Made by a program: the position numbers and the translations under genes. Of a stretch of 30,184 nucleotides of DNA, positions 17,318 to 29,200 are shown piece after piece. Under the pieces are notes generated by a model, which had not been told where the DNA came from, ran no database searches, and saw only the letters and a list, made by a program, of their open reading frames with translations. This stretch comes from Cyanophora paradoxa CCMP329 (Eukaryota; Plantae; Glaucophyta): assembly GCA_004431415.1 (NCBI GenBank), contig QPMI01000711.1:1-30184 (forward strand), written 5' to 3'. Position 1 is the first letter of the stretch. Each line of letters opens with the position of its first letter.

Positions 17318-20300
17318 ATGTACGGGGACCCAGCTGATCTCATGGGCGACGGCTTCCGGGCCCCCAAGCCGTCCTCGCTCAGCGACAAGCTACCCCAAAG
17401 CTTGCCCAGAGGGTTCGTGCATAGCTATCCGCTCTGCAATCCTCCGCTAGCTTTGCTGCGCACTACTGGGGTGCAGCATTCGTGCGGTCCTGCGCCGCCA
17501 GGTGTTTTTAGCTAATGCGCTCCCACGCAGGCCCCCGACCCGCGATGCGAGGCGGGGAGTGGGCCGGCACCTGCCGACAGCGCGGACCTCGACCAACCGG
17601 CGGCCTCTGGCGTCTCCCGGCCCTAGAGCGTCGACGGACGCGTCGCTCTCTGCAGCGCTCCCGCCCCTCGCCGCAGCGCCGGGGGCCCGGCCGCGGTGCG
17701 ATGGGGCTCGAAGGCTCCACTGCTGGGCGGCCGGGCAGCTGAGGCCGGGGCGCAGGACGTCGCAGCACTCGGCGCGTGCCCCGTCGCCGCTCGAGTCGCC
17801 GCCCGTCTCCGCGGCGCGGCCGGGCGTCTACCCGACGCCCGAGGCGCTGCAGCGCGCCGCCTCGACGCCCCTGCTGGGCGCCGCCTACTTCGCCCGGCCG
17901 CCCTCGCGGGCCCTGGGGCCGCGCCAGGGCCACGCCGAGTCGGCCGCCTCGCTGCCGCCGGGGGCCCTCCCGCGCGGGGCCGGCCCTACGACGACCCGCG
18001 CGCGTGGGGCTTCGCGGGGGGCACGCCCGAGCCCGCGGGGGCCGACTTCCTCCCCGAGGGCCTCTCCTACGCCGAATGGGTCCGCTCCACGCTGGGCTTC
18101 GAGGTGCCGGCCCCGGCCCCTGCGCCCCCGCGCCCCGGCCCGTTGTCTCACTGCCGCGCAGCCGTCCTTTCCCCCGCCCGACATACCGCACTTTGCCACG
18201 CCGCCGCCGCACGGCGGGCGCGCCGGCAGCGTGCCGGCACTGCCTCGCAGCGCCTCGTCGGCGGCCCTCGCGGGACCGGGGCCGGGGCCGCAGGAGGCGC
18301 CGGCGCCGGCGCCAGCGGGGCGCGCGGGCCTCCAGCGCTCGGCCTCGATGATCGCCGGCGAGGCCGCCCTTGCCGCCTCCGCGCAGACGTCCCGCCCCCG
18401 CCCCCGCCCCGACGAGGGCCCCGCCCCGGCCCGGGCCCCCCGAGGAGCCCGGGACGCCCCGCGGCCGGGCTTCTTCAGCTTCTTCGGGGCGGGGGCGGCG
18501 AAGGCGGCGGACAGCGCGATCAACCGGCGGCGGCGCAGCAGCGTGAGCCCCGACACCCTCGCCGCCGCCGCCTCGCGGACCCTCGCGCCCCTCGCCGCCG
18601 CCTCCGCCCCCGCCTCGCCGGCCAAGGGCCCCGCGGGGAAGGGCGCCGTGGCGGGGTCGCTGCCGCCGCGCGGGGGCAGCTCGGTGCGACGGGGCCAGCT
18701 CTCGGCGCGGGAGCCGCTGGTCCACAAGCAGGCCCTGGCGCCCCAGAACCGCCGCCTCCTCTCCCCCTCCGCCTACGAGAAGTACCTCGCCAAGCTCGAG
18801 CGGGACGGGGCCTTCGAGGAGCTGCGGCCGGGGGCAGCGCCGGCGCCGGGGCAGGCCGGGAAGAGCGCGCGGCGGGCGCCGGCGTCGGTGCGGTTCCAGC
18901 GGGTGGAGTCGGTGAGCTCGGCCCTCCCCGGCCTCCTCGACAGCGAGGACGGGAGCGAGGCGGACGCCGGGGAGGGCGCTCCCGGAGAGGCGGAGGCCGA
19001 GCCGCGGCTCGACGGGGCGGCGCTGGAGGCGGCCGGCAGGGGCGCCGCCGCCGGCCCCGCGTGGGAGCGCTTCGAGGGGGCCCTCAGGCGGCGCGGCTCG
19101 GGGGAGGTGAGCCGGGTGCGGCTCGCCCAGATCCAGGCCCGCCTCGCCTCCGCCGCCTCCGCCTCCTCCAACTTCGCCGTCGACGCCGCCGCCGCCGACC
19201 CCGACGCCGGCGAGGGGGAGGAGGTGGCGGAGCGGGTGGGGTGGAGCGAGGGCGTGTACGACGGGGCCGGGGGCGCGACGGCGCGGGCGACGCCCGACGA
19301 CCCCGTGGAGGAGCTGGGCCCCGAGGCCGAGGCCGCCTACGCCGAGGCCCACCTCGCCCTCGCCAACTCCGGCCGCCTCTCCTACCGCGGGCCCCCCGCC
19401 GCCCCGCCCCCCCAGCGCGGCTTCGACATCCCCGCCCTGCCCCCCTGGGCCGGCCCCGCCGCCCCCGCCGGCCTCTCCCCCATCCCCTCCGCCGCCCCGG
19501 ACGCCTCGGCCGCCGCCTCCTCCGCCCGCCCCGCGGCCTCCTTGCCCGCCTCCGTCTCCGCACGCGCGGCCGGACCGGCCACGGGCCGCTCTGCCGCCGC
19601 CGCCGCCGACGCCCCCGCGGCGGCCTCTCCGCCCACGCGCTCCCCGAGGCCTCCGGCTCGGTGCGGTCGCTGCAGGCGGCGGCGGCCCAGGCCGGCCTCG
19701 TCGGCGAGCCGCCCGCGCCGGGGCCGGCTCCGGAGGCAGCGCCCGGCGAGGCCGGCGCCGGCGGGGAGGAGGCTGGGGCGGTGGAGAAGGAGGAGGAGGC
19801 GGGCCGGTCGCTGGCGGTGCCGACGCTGCCGCTGACGGAGCTGGACAAGGTCTCCGTGGTGGCGACGAGCGGGGCCCTCTCCTCGGACGACTCGGCCGGC
19901 CCCGAGAGCGAGAGCGGGACGGACGGGGAGGCGCTGGAGGCGGCGGCGGCGGGGCGGATCTCGAGCAGCGTGGTGCAGGCGCTCACGGGCCTCCACGTCG
20001 GGCACAAGACGGGCGGGCAGGCGAGGAGCATGGCCGACGCCGTCGCCGCCGCCGTCAAGATGAAGAAGGAGCAGCAGCGCGCCCAGGAGCGCAAGGAGCG
20101 GCGCGAGGCCCGGCGCAAGCGGCGCGAGGCGAAGGAGGAGGGCGGCCGCGGCTCGGACGCCTGGATGCTCTCGGAGCGGGCGGGGCACGACATGGACGCG
20201 CGCACGCTGCAGCGCTTCTTCCGGGAGGGCGGCCTCACGGAGCGGCGCCGCCTGGGCAGCGTCGCGCCCATGTCCCGCCGCTCCATCCGCTCCCTCAACG

Positions 20301-23300
20301 CGAGCTTCCGCAGCGCCGCCAGCTCCAAGTCCGGCGCCGCCGGCGAGGGGGCCGCCACCCCGGCCCTCTCCCTCGCGAGCGCCCGCTCCCGGCCGGAGAT
20401 CGAGGAGTGGATGGCGCAGGCGGAGGCGGACGACCAGCGGGAGAGCGCCGACGTGGCGGCGCGCCTCGGGCTCGCCACGCACCGCGCGCGGGGCGCCTAC
20501 GCGCAGGGCGCCCGCGCCTTCACCTTCGCCGCCACGCTCCTCATGGGCACCAAGCAGTGGCTCTTCCGCGCCCGCCTCCGCCGCTACATCCGCAACTGCC
20601 GCAACCGCGTCCGCCGCCCCTGCTGGCTCGCCTGGGTCGCCTGTGCGCCCCCGCGCTCCCCTCCCTTTCCTCCCCCCGCGCTCTCTCTCACGCTCGGCGA
20701 CGCAGACACGCGGGAGGCGAACGAGCGGCGGACGGCGCTGCGCTTCCCGTTCCACGTGTGGAAGCGGTACACGCGGCGGCGGCTCAAGCTCCACCGCAAG
20801 GCCCAATTCCTCGCCGACGTCCTCGACACGGTCAGCTCGGGCGCCTCCTGCGGCCCCGCTTGTCGGCGAGCTGAGCTCGTTCCCGCCCGCAGTTCCGGCA
20901 GCTGCACGCGTTCCGCCTCTGGAAGCGCTGGGCGGCGCGGCGGCTGAGCCGGCGGCGGGTCTGCGCGGTGCTGCTGCAGAGGCGCGCGCAGGCGGCGCGG
21001 GCGCGCGTGCTGCACGCGTGGCGGGACTACGTCGCCCCGAAGCTGGCGCTGCGGCGGCTGCTGCGCTCGCGCGAGGGCCGCCGGCTGCGCGCGCGGGCGG
21101 CCCTCGCGCGGCCCTTCGCGGCGCTGCGGTACCACGCGGCGGCGCGGGGCGCCTGCGCGCGCCGCGCCGCCCTCTTCCACTGCGGCGACGACCCCGACTT
21201 CGTGCCGCCCTACCCGGAGGCGGCGCCCCTGCGGCCCCCCGCAGAGCGGCCCGAGGGCCCGCCCCGCTTCGAGCCGACCCCGGGGCGCGAGCGGCGGCGC
21301 GAGCGGCCGGCCGGCCTGGCGCCCTCGTCGGCCCGTCGTCGTCTCCATCCGGCAGCGCAAGGTCGAGCTTCCGCCGCCGCGCTCCATCGAAGAGCTCCGC
21401 GCCCGCCTCTTCGACCGTGCGCGCGCCCTCCCGCCTGGCTTCGACTTGCGAGTGACGGTGGCGGGGGGCAGAGCACCGGCGGCGGGACGCGCTGCTGCGG
21501 AAGGGCTGCTACCTGCAGTGGCGCCGCCTCGCGCGGGAGATGCTCGCCCGCCTCGCCGCCCACGTCGCCCGCCGCGCCTCAAGCGCGCCTGCGCCGAGCG
21601 CGGCCGCCGCGCCCTCCCGCTCCGCGCCCTCCGCGCCTGGGCCCGCTACACGCGCAACGCGGCGGCGTACAAGGAGGAGGAGCGCGCCGAGGAGGAGGCG
21701 GAGCGGCGGCGGGCGGAGAAGGAGGCCCGCCGCGCCGCCCGCGAGGCCGACGGCCGTTCCGCCTCCTCCTCCGACTCGGACCGGTGCGCCCGCCCCCAGC
21801 CTGCGCCCCCTCCGAGCCCCCCCGGCGCGAGACGCCGGCGCGGCAGGGGCGTGAGCGACTCGTGGACGCTGCGGCGGCGGGAGCGGGTGGAGAAGCGGCG
21901 GGCGCTCGTGCGGGCCCAGCGGGAGGCGGAGGCGTGGACGAAGGAGCAGAGGGAGCGCGCCAAGGCGCTGCAGGGGATTGTGACGGAGGCGGAGGCGGCG
22001 GCGGCGCGGGCGGCGGCGGAGGCGCGCGAGGCGGTGCGGCGCGGGGAGGCGGACATGCGGGCGGAGGCGGCGGCGGCGGCGGCGGCGCGGGAGTCGCTGG
22101 CGCAGCGCGACGAGGCGGCGACGGAGGCGATGCTCGGGGTCGTGAAGGAGCGGATCGAGGGGATCGAGCGGGCGCGGGGCGCCCTGCTGCGCCTCCGCGA
22201 GGTCGAGCTGCGGCAGGACCGCCTCAAGCGCATGGAGGAGCTGGCCCGCGTGCGTGCCCTCCCCCCGCCCCCTTGGCCTCCCCGTCGCCGCCCGACGCCC
22301 TGGCAGGCGATGGGTACGATGATCAAGCGTGTGGTGGAGGCGGACGCGCGGCGGGAGGCCCTCGCCTGGCTCCGCGCCCTCCACGAGGCCGCCATGCGCC
22401 ACAAGGCCCTCGCCATCCGCGTGCGCCTCCCCGCCCCGCCCCGCCCTCGCTCCCTTGCTGAGGGGCCCCCGGGGGCAGGCGCGGGGCGTGCTGCGGGGCC
22501 ACCTGCGGGCGTGCGCGCGCTACATCGCCGGGCAGCGCGCGATGGGGGCCTACAGGGGCCTGCGCGCGCGGCACGTCGCGCTCCGGCGCTGGCTCCTCTG
22601 CATGGAGGGCGCGCGCGAGGAGCAGAGCGCCGAGGCGGCGCGCGCCATCCGCCGCCGCCTCGAGCTGCACGCCAAGGCCGGCGCCAAGCTGCGCGAGGCG
22701 CGCCCCTACACGCGCCCTGGCGCCCTCTTCTACCGCTGGCTCCAGTTCGCCCAGGCGCGCCGCGCCCGCCGCCGCGTCCTCGAGCTCTTCGCCCGCGTGC
22801 GCGCCTGGCGCGGCCTCCGCCGCTGCTTCAACGCCCTGCGCCACGGCACCAAGGCCCGCTACGCGCCCCGGGGCCCTTCCTCTCCTTCCGCGAGGCCCCG
22901 GCCCCGCCTGCCCCGCCCCGGCCCCGCCCGAGCCGCCCCGCCCCGGCCCCGGCCCCGGCGGCGACGCCAGCGCCCTCGGCGCCCCCGAGCCGCCGCGGGT
23001 CCCTCGCCGGCAGCGAGGCCGGCGGCCGGGCCGGCCCCAGCCCCAAGAAGCCCCTCCCCATCCCCACCCGCCGCCGGCCCTCCGCCGAGGCTCCCGTCCC
23101 CCCGCCGAGCCGGAGCCGCCGCCGGCGCCGCCGCCGTTCGTGCCGCCGTACCCGCTGCGGCCCGTCGGGGCCCCGCTGCACGTCGTCTTCGGCCTGGCGC
23201 CCGAGCCGCCGCGCCCCGCCGCGGCAGGCGCCTCGGCGCCCGTCGCGTACCCCTGCGGCGGGCCTTCGCGGAGCTCTCCGAGTGGCGCTCCCTCTTCCTC

Positions 23301-23858
23301 GTCCCCGCCGCCCGCTGCGAGACGGCCTGGCGCCGCCGCTACAACCGCCACGTCGCCCGCCGGGCGCGGGGGCGGGCGCAGCGGGCGCCGCGGGTGCGGC
23401 TGCTGCTGGAGCGGCACGCCGCCTCGGTGCTCTTCCGGATGCAGGTGGAGGAGGAGGCGCTCATGGCGCGCTGCGTGCGAGAGGGCGTCCCCTCGCTTTA
23501 CGTCGAGCAGGCCTGCGAGGCCCGCCGCGCCGCCCTCCTCCTCCTCCTCCACCGCTCCCACGCCCTCGTCCGCCGCTGCCTCCGTCGCTCGGCGCAGGCG
23601 TGGGAGGAGCCGGCGCGCGCGGGCGCGGGGCTCCTGCTGCAGCCGCGCCTCGCGATGCGCGTGGCGGAGTGGATGTTCGACGCCCTCTCCAAGGGCCTCC
23701 CCAGGGCCCTCCTCCCCGTCGCCTCCCGCCCCGTCCGCTTCGAGCCGGCCCCCTCCCGCCCCCCGAACCTCCTCGCCGACCTCATGGCCCCTCCCCCGCC
23801 CGCGCCCCGGCCCCCCAGCGCCCCCGCAGCCCCTCCCCGGCCCCCTCCCACTCGCTAG
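17318..23858 (+). CDS. Large Sfi1-repeat-like (centrin-binding) protein with a low-complexity N-terminal half
   Basis: Starts MYGDPADLMG...; first intron ~17413-17530. Repeated Sfi1-like motifs: RRPCWLAWVA, LRFPFHVWKRYTR, HAFRLWKRWA, RVLHAWRDYV, LRALRAWARYT, ALRRWLL, LFYRWLQF, RRAFAELSEWR. Stop TAG at 23856-23858. Several homopolymer frameshifts. Confidence 0.65.
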
Positions 23859-24086
23859 CTGGCGCCGGCCCCCTCCATCCCCGCCCCTCCGACGCTCTGC
23901 ATGCGCCCGTCGTTCTCGCGCCGAACGGTAATGAAATTGAGCCATTATTTGCAGGGCTGCGCGCGCGCGCAGCCGGGGTGACGAAGCACATGTAGGGATC
24001 GAAAGAAACTCCGCTGACTTGTTCCTGGGCTACGCCTACGGCTAGGCTAAGTGGTGCAAAGCAGAGCGGGCGGCCGGGCGGGTGGG

Positions 24087-25985
24087 CTAGGAGGCGGTGG
24101 CGGTGAAGGGTGATGGGCCGAATCCCGGGGCGGGGGGCCGGGCGACGGCCTTGGGGGCGCTCTGGCGGGTGATGTCGAAGGACTTGAGGGGGGCGACCTG
24201 CTTGACGAAGCGGGGCCCGCGGGTGAAGGAGAAGTGCGCCCCGTGCTTCTCCACCGTGTCCTTCGCCAGGAAGCTCGAGTCCCGCGCGTACTTGGGGCCC
24301 GGGCTCTCCACCCCCACCGGGTTCAGCCCCTTGTACTGCTTCCCCATGTACGGCACTGCCGCCCCCCCGTGAGCGGCCCCGCCGAGGAAGAACGAAAGGA
24401 AAGGGCGCCGGGGCGGGGGCGGGCCGAACCCTTGTTGATATGCTCCGTGAAGTTGGGCCGCTGCTCGGCGGTGCCGATGCGGATGGCGGGGCCCACGGGG
24501 GTCGTCGGGTCGGCCCCCTTCCCGATCGTCCCCTTCAGCGTGTACTGCCCGGGGCCCGGTGCCTCCCGCACTGCCTCCCCCCTCAGAGGCGCCGGCGAGG
24601 AAAGGAGGGGAGGGGGAGGGGAGGGGGAGACGCACGCTCGGGGACCTTGAACATGCCGATGGGGCGGCGCGGGTCCGTGCCGAAGGGGATCTTGGGGACC
24701 TCGGCGCCCACCTGGATGGCCGGGTTGATCGGGGTGTAGTGCGCCGGCCCCGGCGAGTGCACTCCCGAGTTCATCACCGAGATGTAGTACTTCGACACGA
24801 ACGGCGCTGCGCTGCCGTCAGCCGGGCGGCGGGCGGCCCCGCCGGGCGGGGGCGGGCGGGCGCACTCCGGTGCGGGCGGTCGGGGATGGGCCGCTGGTCC
24901 TGCCGCGTGAACTTGATCCCCGGCGCTGCCCCGCGCGTCAGAGCGGAAGCGGAGGGGCCGGGAGGGCGGGGCCGGGGGCACCCGTGCCGAAGTGCTGCGG
25001 GTTGATGTTCTGGTAGGCGCCGGGCCCCGGGACGACGGCGCCGGCCGACTTGGAGCGCACGAGGGCCTTCTCCTGGCCCTGGCCGAAGTCGAACCGCTTC
25101 GCCTGCGGGAACGCGTGCACCGCTTGCTTCTGCCGGCCCCCCGGCTCGTCAGTTCGGCTCCTTGTTGGCGACCGGTCGGGCCGGGGCGGGGGCGACGGCG
25201 CGCACCGCCTCGCCCATCCTGCCCATCCCGTTCGGCGAGGTGAACATCCCGTAGTCCCGGTACGCCGCCGGCCCCGGACTCCACTGGCCCATGTGCACTG
25301 GAGAGCACGGGGGTCGGCGGGGCGCTGGCAGAGGCGGGCGGGGCGGGGCGCGCACCGCCGGTGCGCATGCGCTCGTCTGGCCTGGGGTACTTGCCCGGCA
25401 TGCTGAAGCGCGGCCCTATGCCGATGTAGGAGCGCGCCGAGTAGGTCCCGGGCCCCGGGACCTCGTCGGCGCTCGCGGAGCGCGAGAGGGACTTGTTCGT
25501 GCCGCCGAGCGAGGCGCTCGAGGCCCGCACGGGGCCCGGAGACGTTGAGGCTCGGGTCATCGTCTGCATGTGCGCCCGCGGCTCGGGCGATGTGGACTTG
25601 TGCGCTGTCGGGAGGGCTGCGCGTGCCTCCCGGTCACATCGGGTACCGACGGCCCCGCGCGCATCGCGGCCGCACCGGGGGCAGATTTGGAGGCTGTGGA
25701 CGCTACGAGACCGCGGGAGCCCGGTTCGGCCGAGGGCGGGGCCGCCGGCTTGGGGGCCGGTGAGGAAGGCTCGGCCTCGGGCTCTTTCTCCAGCGTAATG
25801 CGAAGGCCATTCTCCTCCTCGGGCTCTATTACGACCACCTCTCCTGCCGGCGGGCCCCCCGCCGCCTCCGCCGCCTCCGCCGCTGCACCCTCGTCGCTGG
25901 CTGGTGCGCCGTCTTCCGGGCTGCCTGTCGAGGGGCCGCCAGCCTCCTCAGCTAGATCTGGTTCTTTCTGTTCTTCGTCCGCCAT
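24087..25985 (-). CDS. Sperm-tail PG-rich (STPGR/SHIPPO) repeat protein, ODF3/CIMAP1-like axonemal protein
   Basis: Repeats VPGPGTY, SPGPAAY, VPGPGAY, SPGPAHY, APGPGQY and SPGPKY, each followed by an FS...R-type segment; short GT-AG introns. Confidence 0.85.
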
Positions 25986-26289
25986 CGTGGCGACACGAGC
26001 TAGCTAAGTCTGAAATGGCTCGTTAGCTGCCACCAACGATCCTGGGCGTTGCCGCTCTCGAAATGTGGTCCAGAGGCTTCGACCTGCTTGGCAACCCGCT
26101 TCTCGCTGTTGCTGGACGCTCTTTCTTCTCGCGCTGCTGGTGCTTCCGGTGCTGGAAATGGGATTTAATTGTACCCCACTCGCATTTATTGTACCCTCAA
26201 CTAGCAAGCCCAGCTGCAAGCCCGAGCACTCCCAGCCGTTTTACGCTACTTAGTATGCATCAGGAATAGTGCTTAGACAAGGCCCAAGC
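25986..26289. promoter_or_regulatory. 304-bp putative bidirectional promoter (STPG protein / unidentified gene)
   Basis: Divergent ATGs at 25985(-) and 26290(+); AT-richer than the exons. Confidence 0.5.
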
Positions 26290-29200
26290 ATGCCCTCGTC
26301 CGGCAGGAGGAAAGAGCGCGACGCCTCGCCGGAGGCCGGTGCGTCGCAATAAGGGCCCCAGCGCTCCTTCTTTCCCTCCGCCGGAACCTCCCCCGTCGCG
26401 CAAGTGCCAATTGCCGTCTGCCGGCTTCACTAAGACTAGGCGCCGTTAGTCACGCCCGATAACCATCTCAGTTAGTGCAGCACTTGCGTCCGGAAGCGCG
26501 CCCCCGCGGCGGCTGACGCGCCGCTGCCCGCAGGGTCCTCTGGCGGGGGCAGCAAGTCCCTGAGCCAGGCCAACGCCTTGACTATCCCCCTGCGACCGCA
26601 AGGTTCGCCGCTGCCTCAGAGCCTCGCAGATCGCGGCGCGGCCTCCCGCCGACGGGCCGCGCGCGCGCCGCAGAGAAGCCGGTGGACATCAACTACAACA
26701 ACCCGGAGGTGCTCAAGGTGATCCAGACGGAGTACGTGACGCGTTTCCTGGACTCGCTGGGGGCGAGCGCCTCGCGGGCGAACATCGAGCTCGTGCGGCG
26801 GCACATACCGATAGAGGAGGCCAAGAAGACGGCCGCGTGCGCCCCCCGAAGTGCTGCGAGATCTGCAGCGCGGCGCTCTCGCCTCGCCTCGCTGAGCCTG
26901 GCGTGCGGGCAGGTACAAGTCGCGGGGGGCGATTACGGACTCGCTCTACATCGCGCCGGGCGTCGTGAAGAGCGCCGCGCTGCAGGTCCCCGCCTCCCTC
27001 CAGAACGCCCAGGCCCGCTCCCTCATCTCCAAGGCTCTCCTCGACCGCCCGGGGCCCTTCGAGGAGAAGCCCGTGCGCCCCGCCCTCCCCCGCCCCCCGC
27101 CCCCCGCCCACGCCCCGCCCCCCGCAGCCCAAGCCGCCCCCGGAGCCGCCAGCGCCGCCGCAGCGGCGGCGGCCGCCGCCGCGGTGGCCCGCACGTTCCG
27201 GAAGAAGGAGGAGGAGGAGAAGTGCGCGGCAGCGCAGCGCAGCGCCGCCGGCCCGGCCTGCCCCGGCTCACTGGGGGGGCAGGGCGAAGCCGGTGGAGGT
27301 GCCCTTCGAGGAGGTCAAGCGCCGCTACGTCTTCCCCTTCAGCCTCCTCGCCGCCCCCGAGGCCCGCCCCTTCTCGCGCACCCCGCCCCTCCCCGCCTCC
27401 CTCGCTGAGGGCGCCGCGGCGGGGGCGCAGGAGGCGAGTCGCATCGGGCCCGTCGCGCGCGTCGTCACGGGCGCCGCCTCGCCCTCGCCCTCGCCCTCGC
27501 CCTCGCCCCGCCGCAGCGCCCTGGCGACGAGCCGCCCTCGCCCCCGCCCCGCGACGCGAGCCCCGCGCGCTCCCGGGCCGCCGGAGGGCCCCGCCGGCCC
27601 CGGCGGCGGCCTCGGGGTCGGAGGGCGAGGGCCGCGGCCGCTCCCGCTCCCGCTCGCCGGCGGGGCGGGGCGCCGGCACCTTCGGCGGGGCGGAGCGCTT
27701 CGGGCGGCGCGGCCTGCGGGTGGAGGCGGAGCTGCCGCCGCTGGTGCAGCAGGGGGCGCTGGGGCGGTCGGAGGGGGCGCGGGCGTCGCGGGGCCGGTTG
27801 CGGGAGCTGGAGGGGAGCGTGGCGGAGCGCATCCGGCGGGAGCTGGACGCGGAGGCGGCGGCGGGGGGCGAGGAGGAGGGCTTCCTCGCCGCCCGCGCCG
27901 CCGCCCTCGCCAACATCGAGCGCGAGGTCGTCGAGGAGCTGCGGGCGCCGTACAGGCCGCACGAGAAGGAGCTCCGCGAGGTGCAGCGGGCCTTCGCCAA
28001 GAGCTTCCCCTGGCACCTGCTGCTGGAGCGGCTGCCGCGGAAGGAGATCTTCGGGGTGCAGGAGGCGGTGGAGGGGCCCGAGCTCCGGCGCCTGATGGGC
28101 ACCCTCGTCGAGTTCCTCTACTTCGCCTTCCTCGGCCGCTTCCGGCCCCGCTCGCCCCCGCCGCCCCCGCCCGAGCCCGAGCGCCCGCCCCGCTCCGGCC
28201 ACCGCCGCCGCGCCGGCTCCGACGCCCGCACGGCGCCCACTCGTTCCGCTCCAGCCGCTCCCGCCCCACGAGCGGCTCCCGGGCCGCCTCCCTCGCCGAC
28301 CCCGACGAGGCCCCGCCGCAGCAGCCGCCGCCCCGCCGCCTCGGCTCGGTGGGGGCGCGGCGGGCGAGCCAGCTGCAGTCGGCGCGGCGGGTGAGCATCG
28401 ACGTGGAGGGGAGGGCCAAGCCGGCGACGCCCTCCCCGGAGGGCGGGGAGGCCCCCGCGCCGCCCCCGCCCGAGGGGGCGGCGGCGTTCCCCGTGCAGGC
28501 GGCGGGGGCGGGGGCCGGGGCAGAGGCGGCGCCGCTGAACTCGAGCCGGAGCGTGAAGAGCACGCGGAGCGTGGCGCGGAGCGTCGCGGCGGGGCCGGCG
28601 GGGCGCGGAGCGCGCAGGGCTCGCGGGCGGGGAGCGCGGCGGGGAGCGCGGCGAGCACGCAGGGGCCGGTGGTCTGGGAGGACGTCGACGCCGCCAAGGC
28701 GCGCCTCTTCGGCGAGCTGCACGAGCAGTTCGCGGGCCTCGTGGAGCCCCTGCGCGGCTCGGGGCGCCCCGGGCGGGAGCAGGAGGCGGCGGCGCGCCTC
28801 GGCCTCCTCTTCCGCCTCCCCGTCCTCCTCACCTGCCTCCGCGCCGCCGTCTCCGTCCTCTTCGAGCGCAAGTACCCCAAGTGGTCCGCCCCCGCCCCCG
28901 CCCGTCCGCCCCCGCCCTCCCCCGCCCACGGGGCGCGCAGGTTCGCGCTGGGGGACGGGCGGGAGGCGGCGGCGCGGATGGACAGCGCGGTGCTGGCCCT
29001 CCTCGACCCCGACCGCTACCTCCTCCACCTCTCCCCGCTCGAGTGTACGCCCCCGCGCCCGACGCGCCCCCGCCGGCCCCTCTGACGACGCCGGCGACCG
29101 GCGCGCGCAGCGTCGGTGCAGGCGATGCGCATCCTGAGCGCGAAGCAGAACGTCGTGCACCAGCCGATCGCGCGCAAGATCTACTCGACCAGGCGCCCGC

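Noticed and set aside
1765-19620. Frameshifts within host genes (e.g. ~1767, ~9745, ~19612) as programmed frameshifting or RNA editing
   Set aside because: They fall in G or C runs, as expected for long-read consensus indels. Other apparent shifts (e.g. 8303-8374) resolve as ordinary introns. Short-read polishing is needed before any biological claim.
8851-23995. Very long Arg/Pro/Gly/Ala-rich ORFs (800-1080 aa) in several frames and on both strands
   Set aside because: Shadow ORFs caused by stop-codon scarcity at very high GC; real coding blocks hop between frames at introns.
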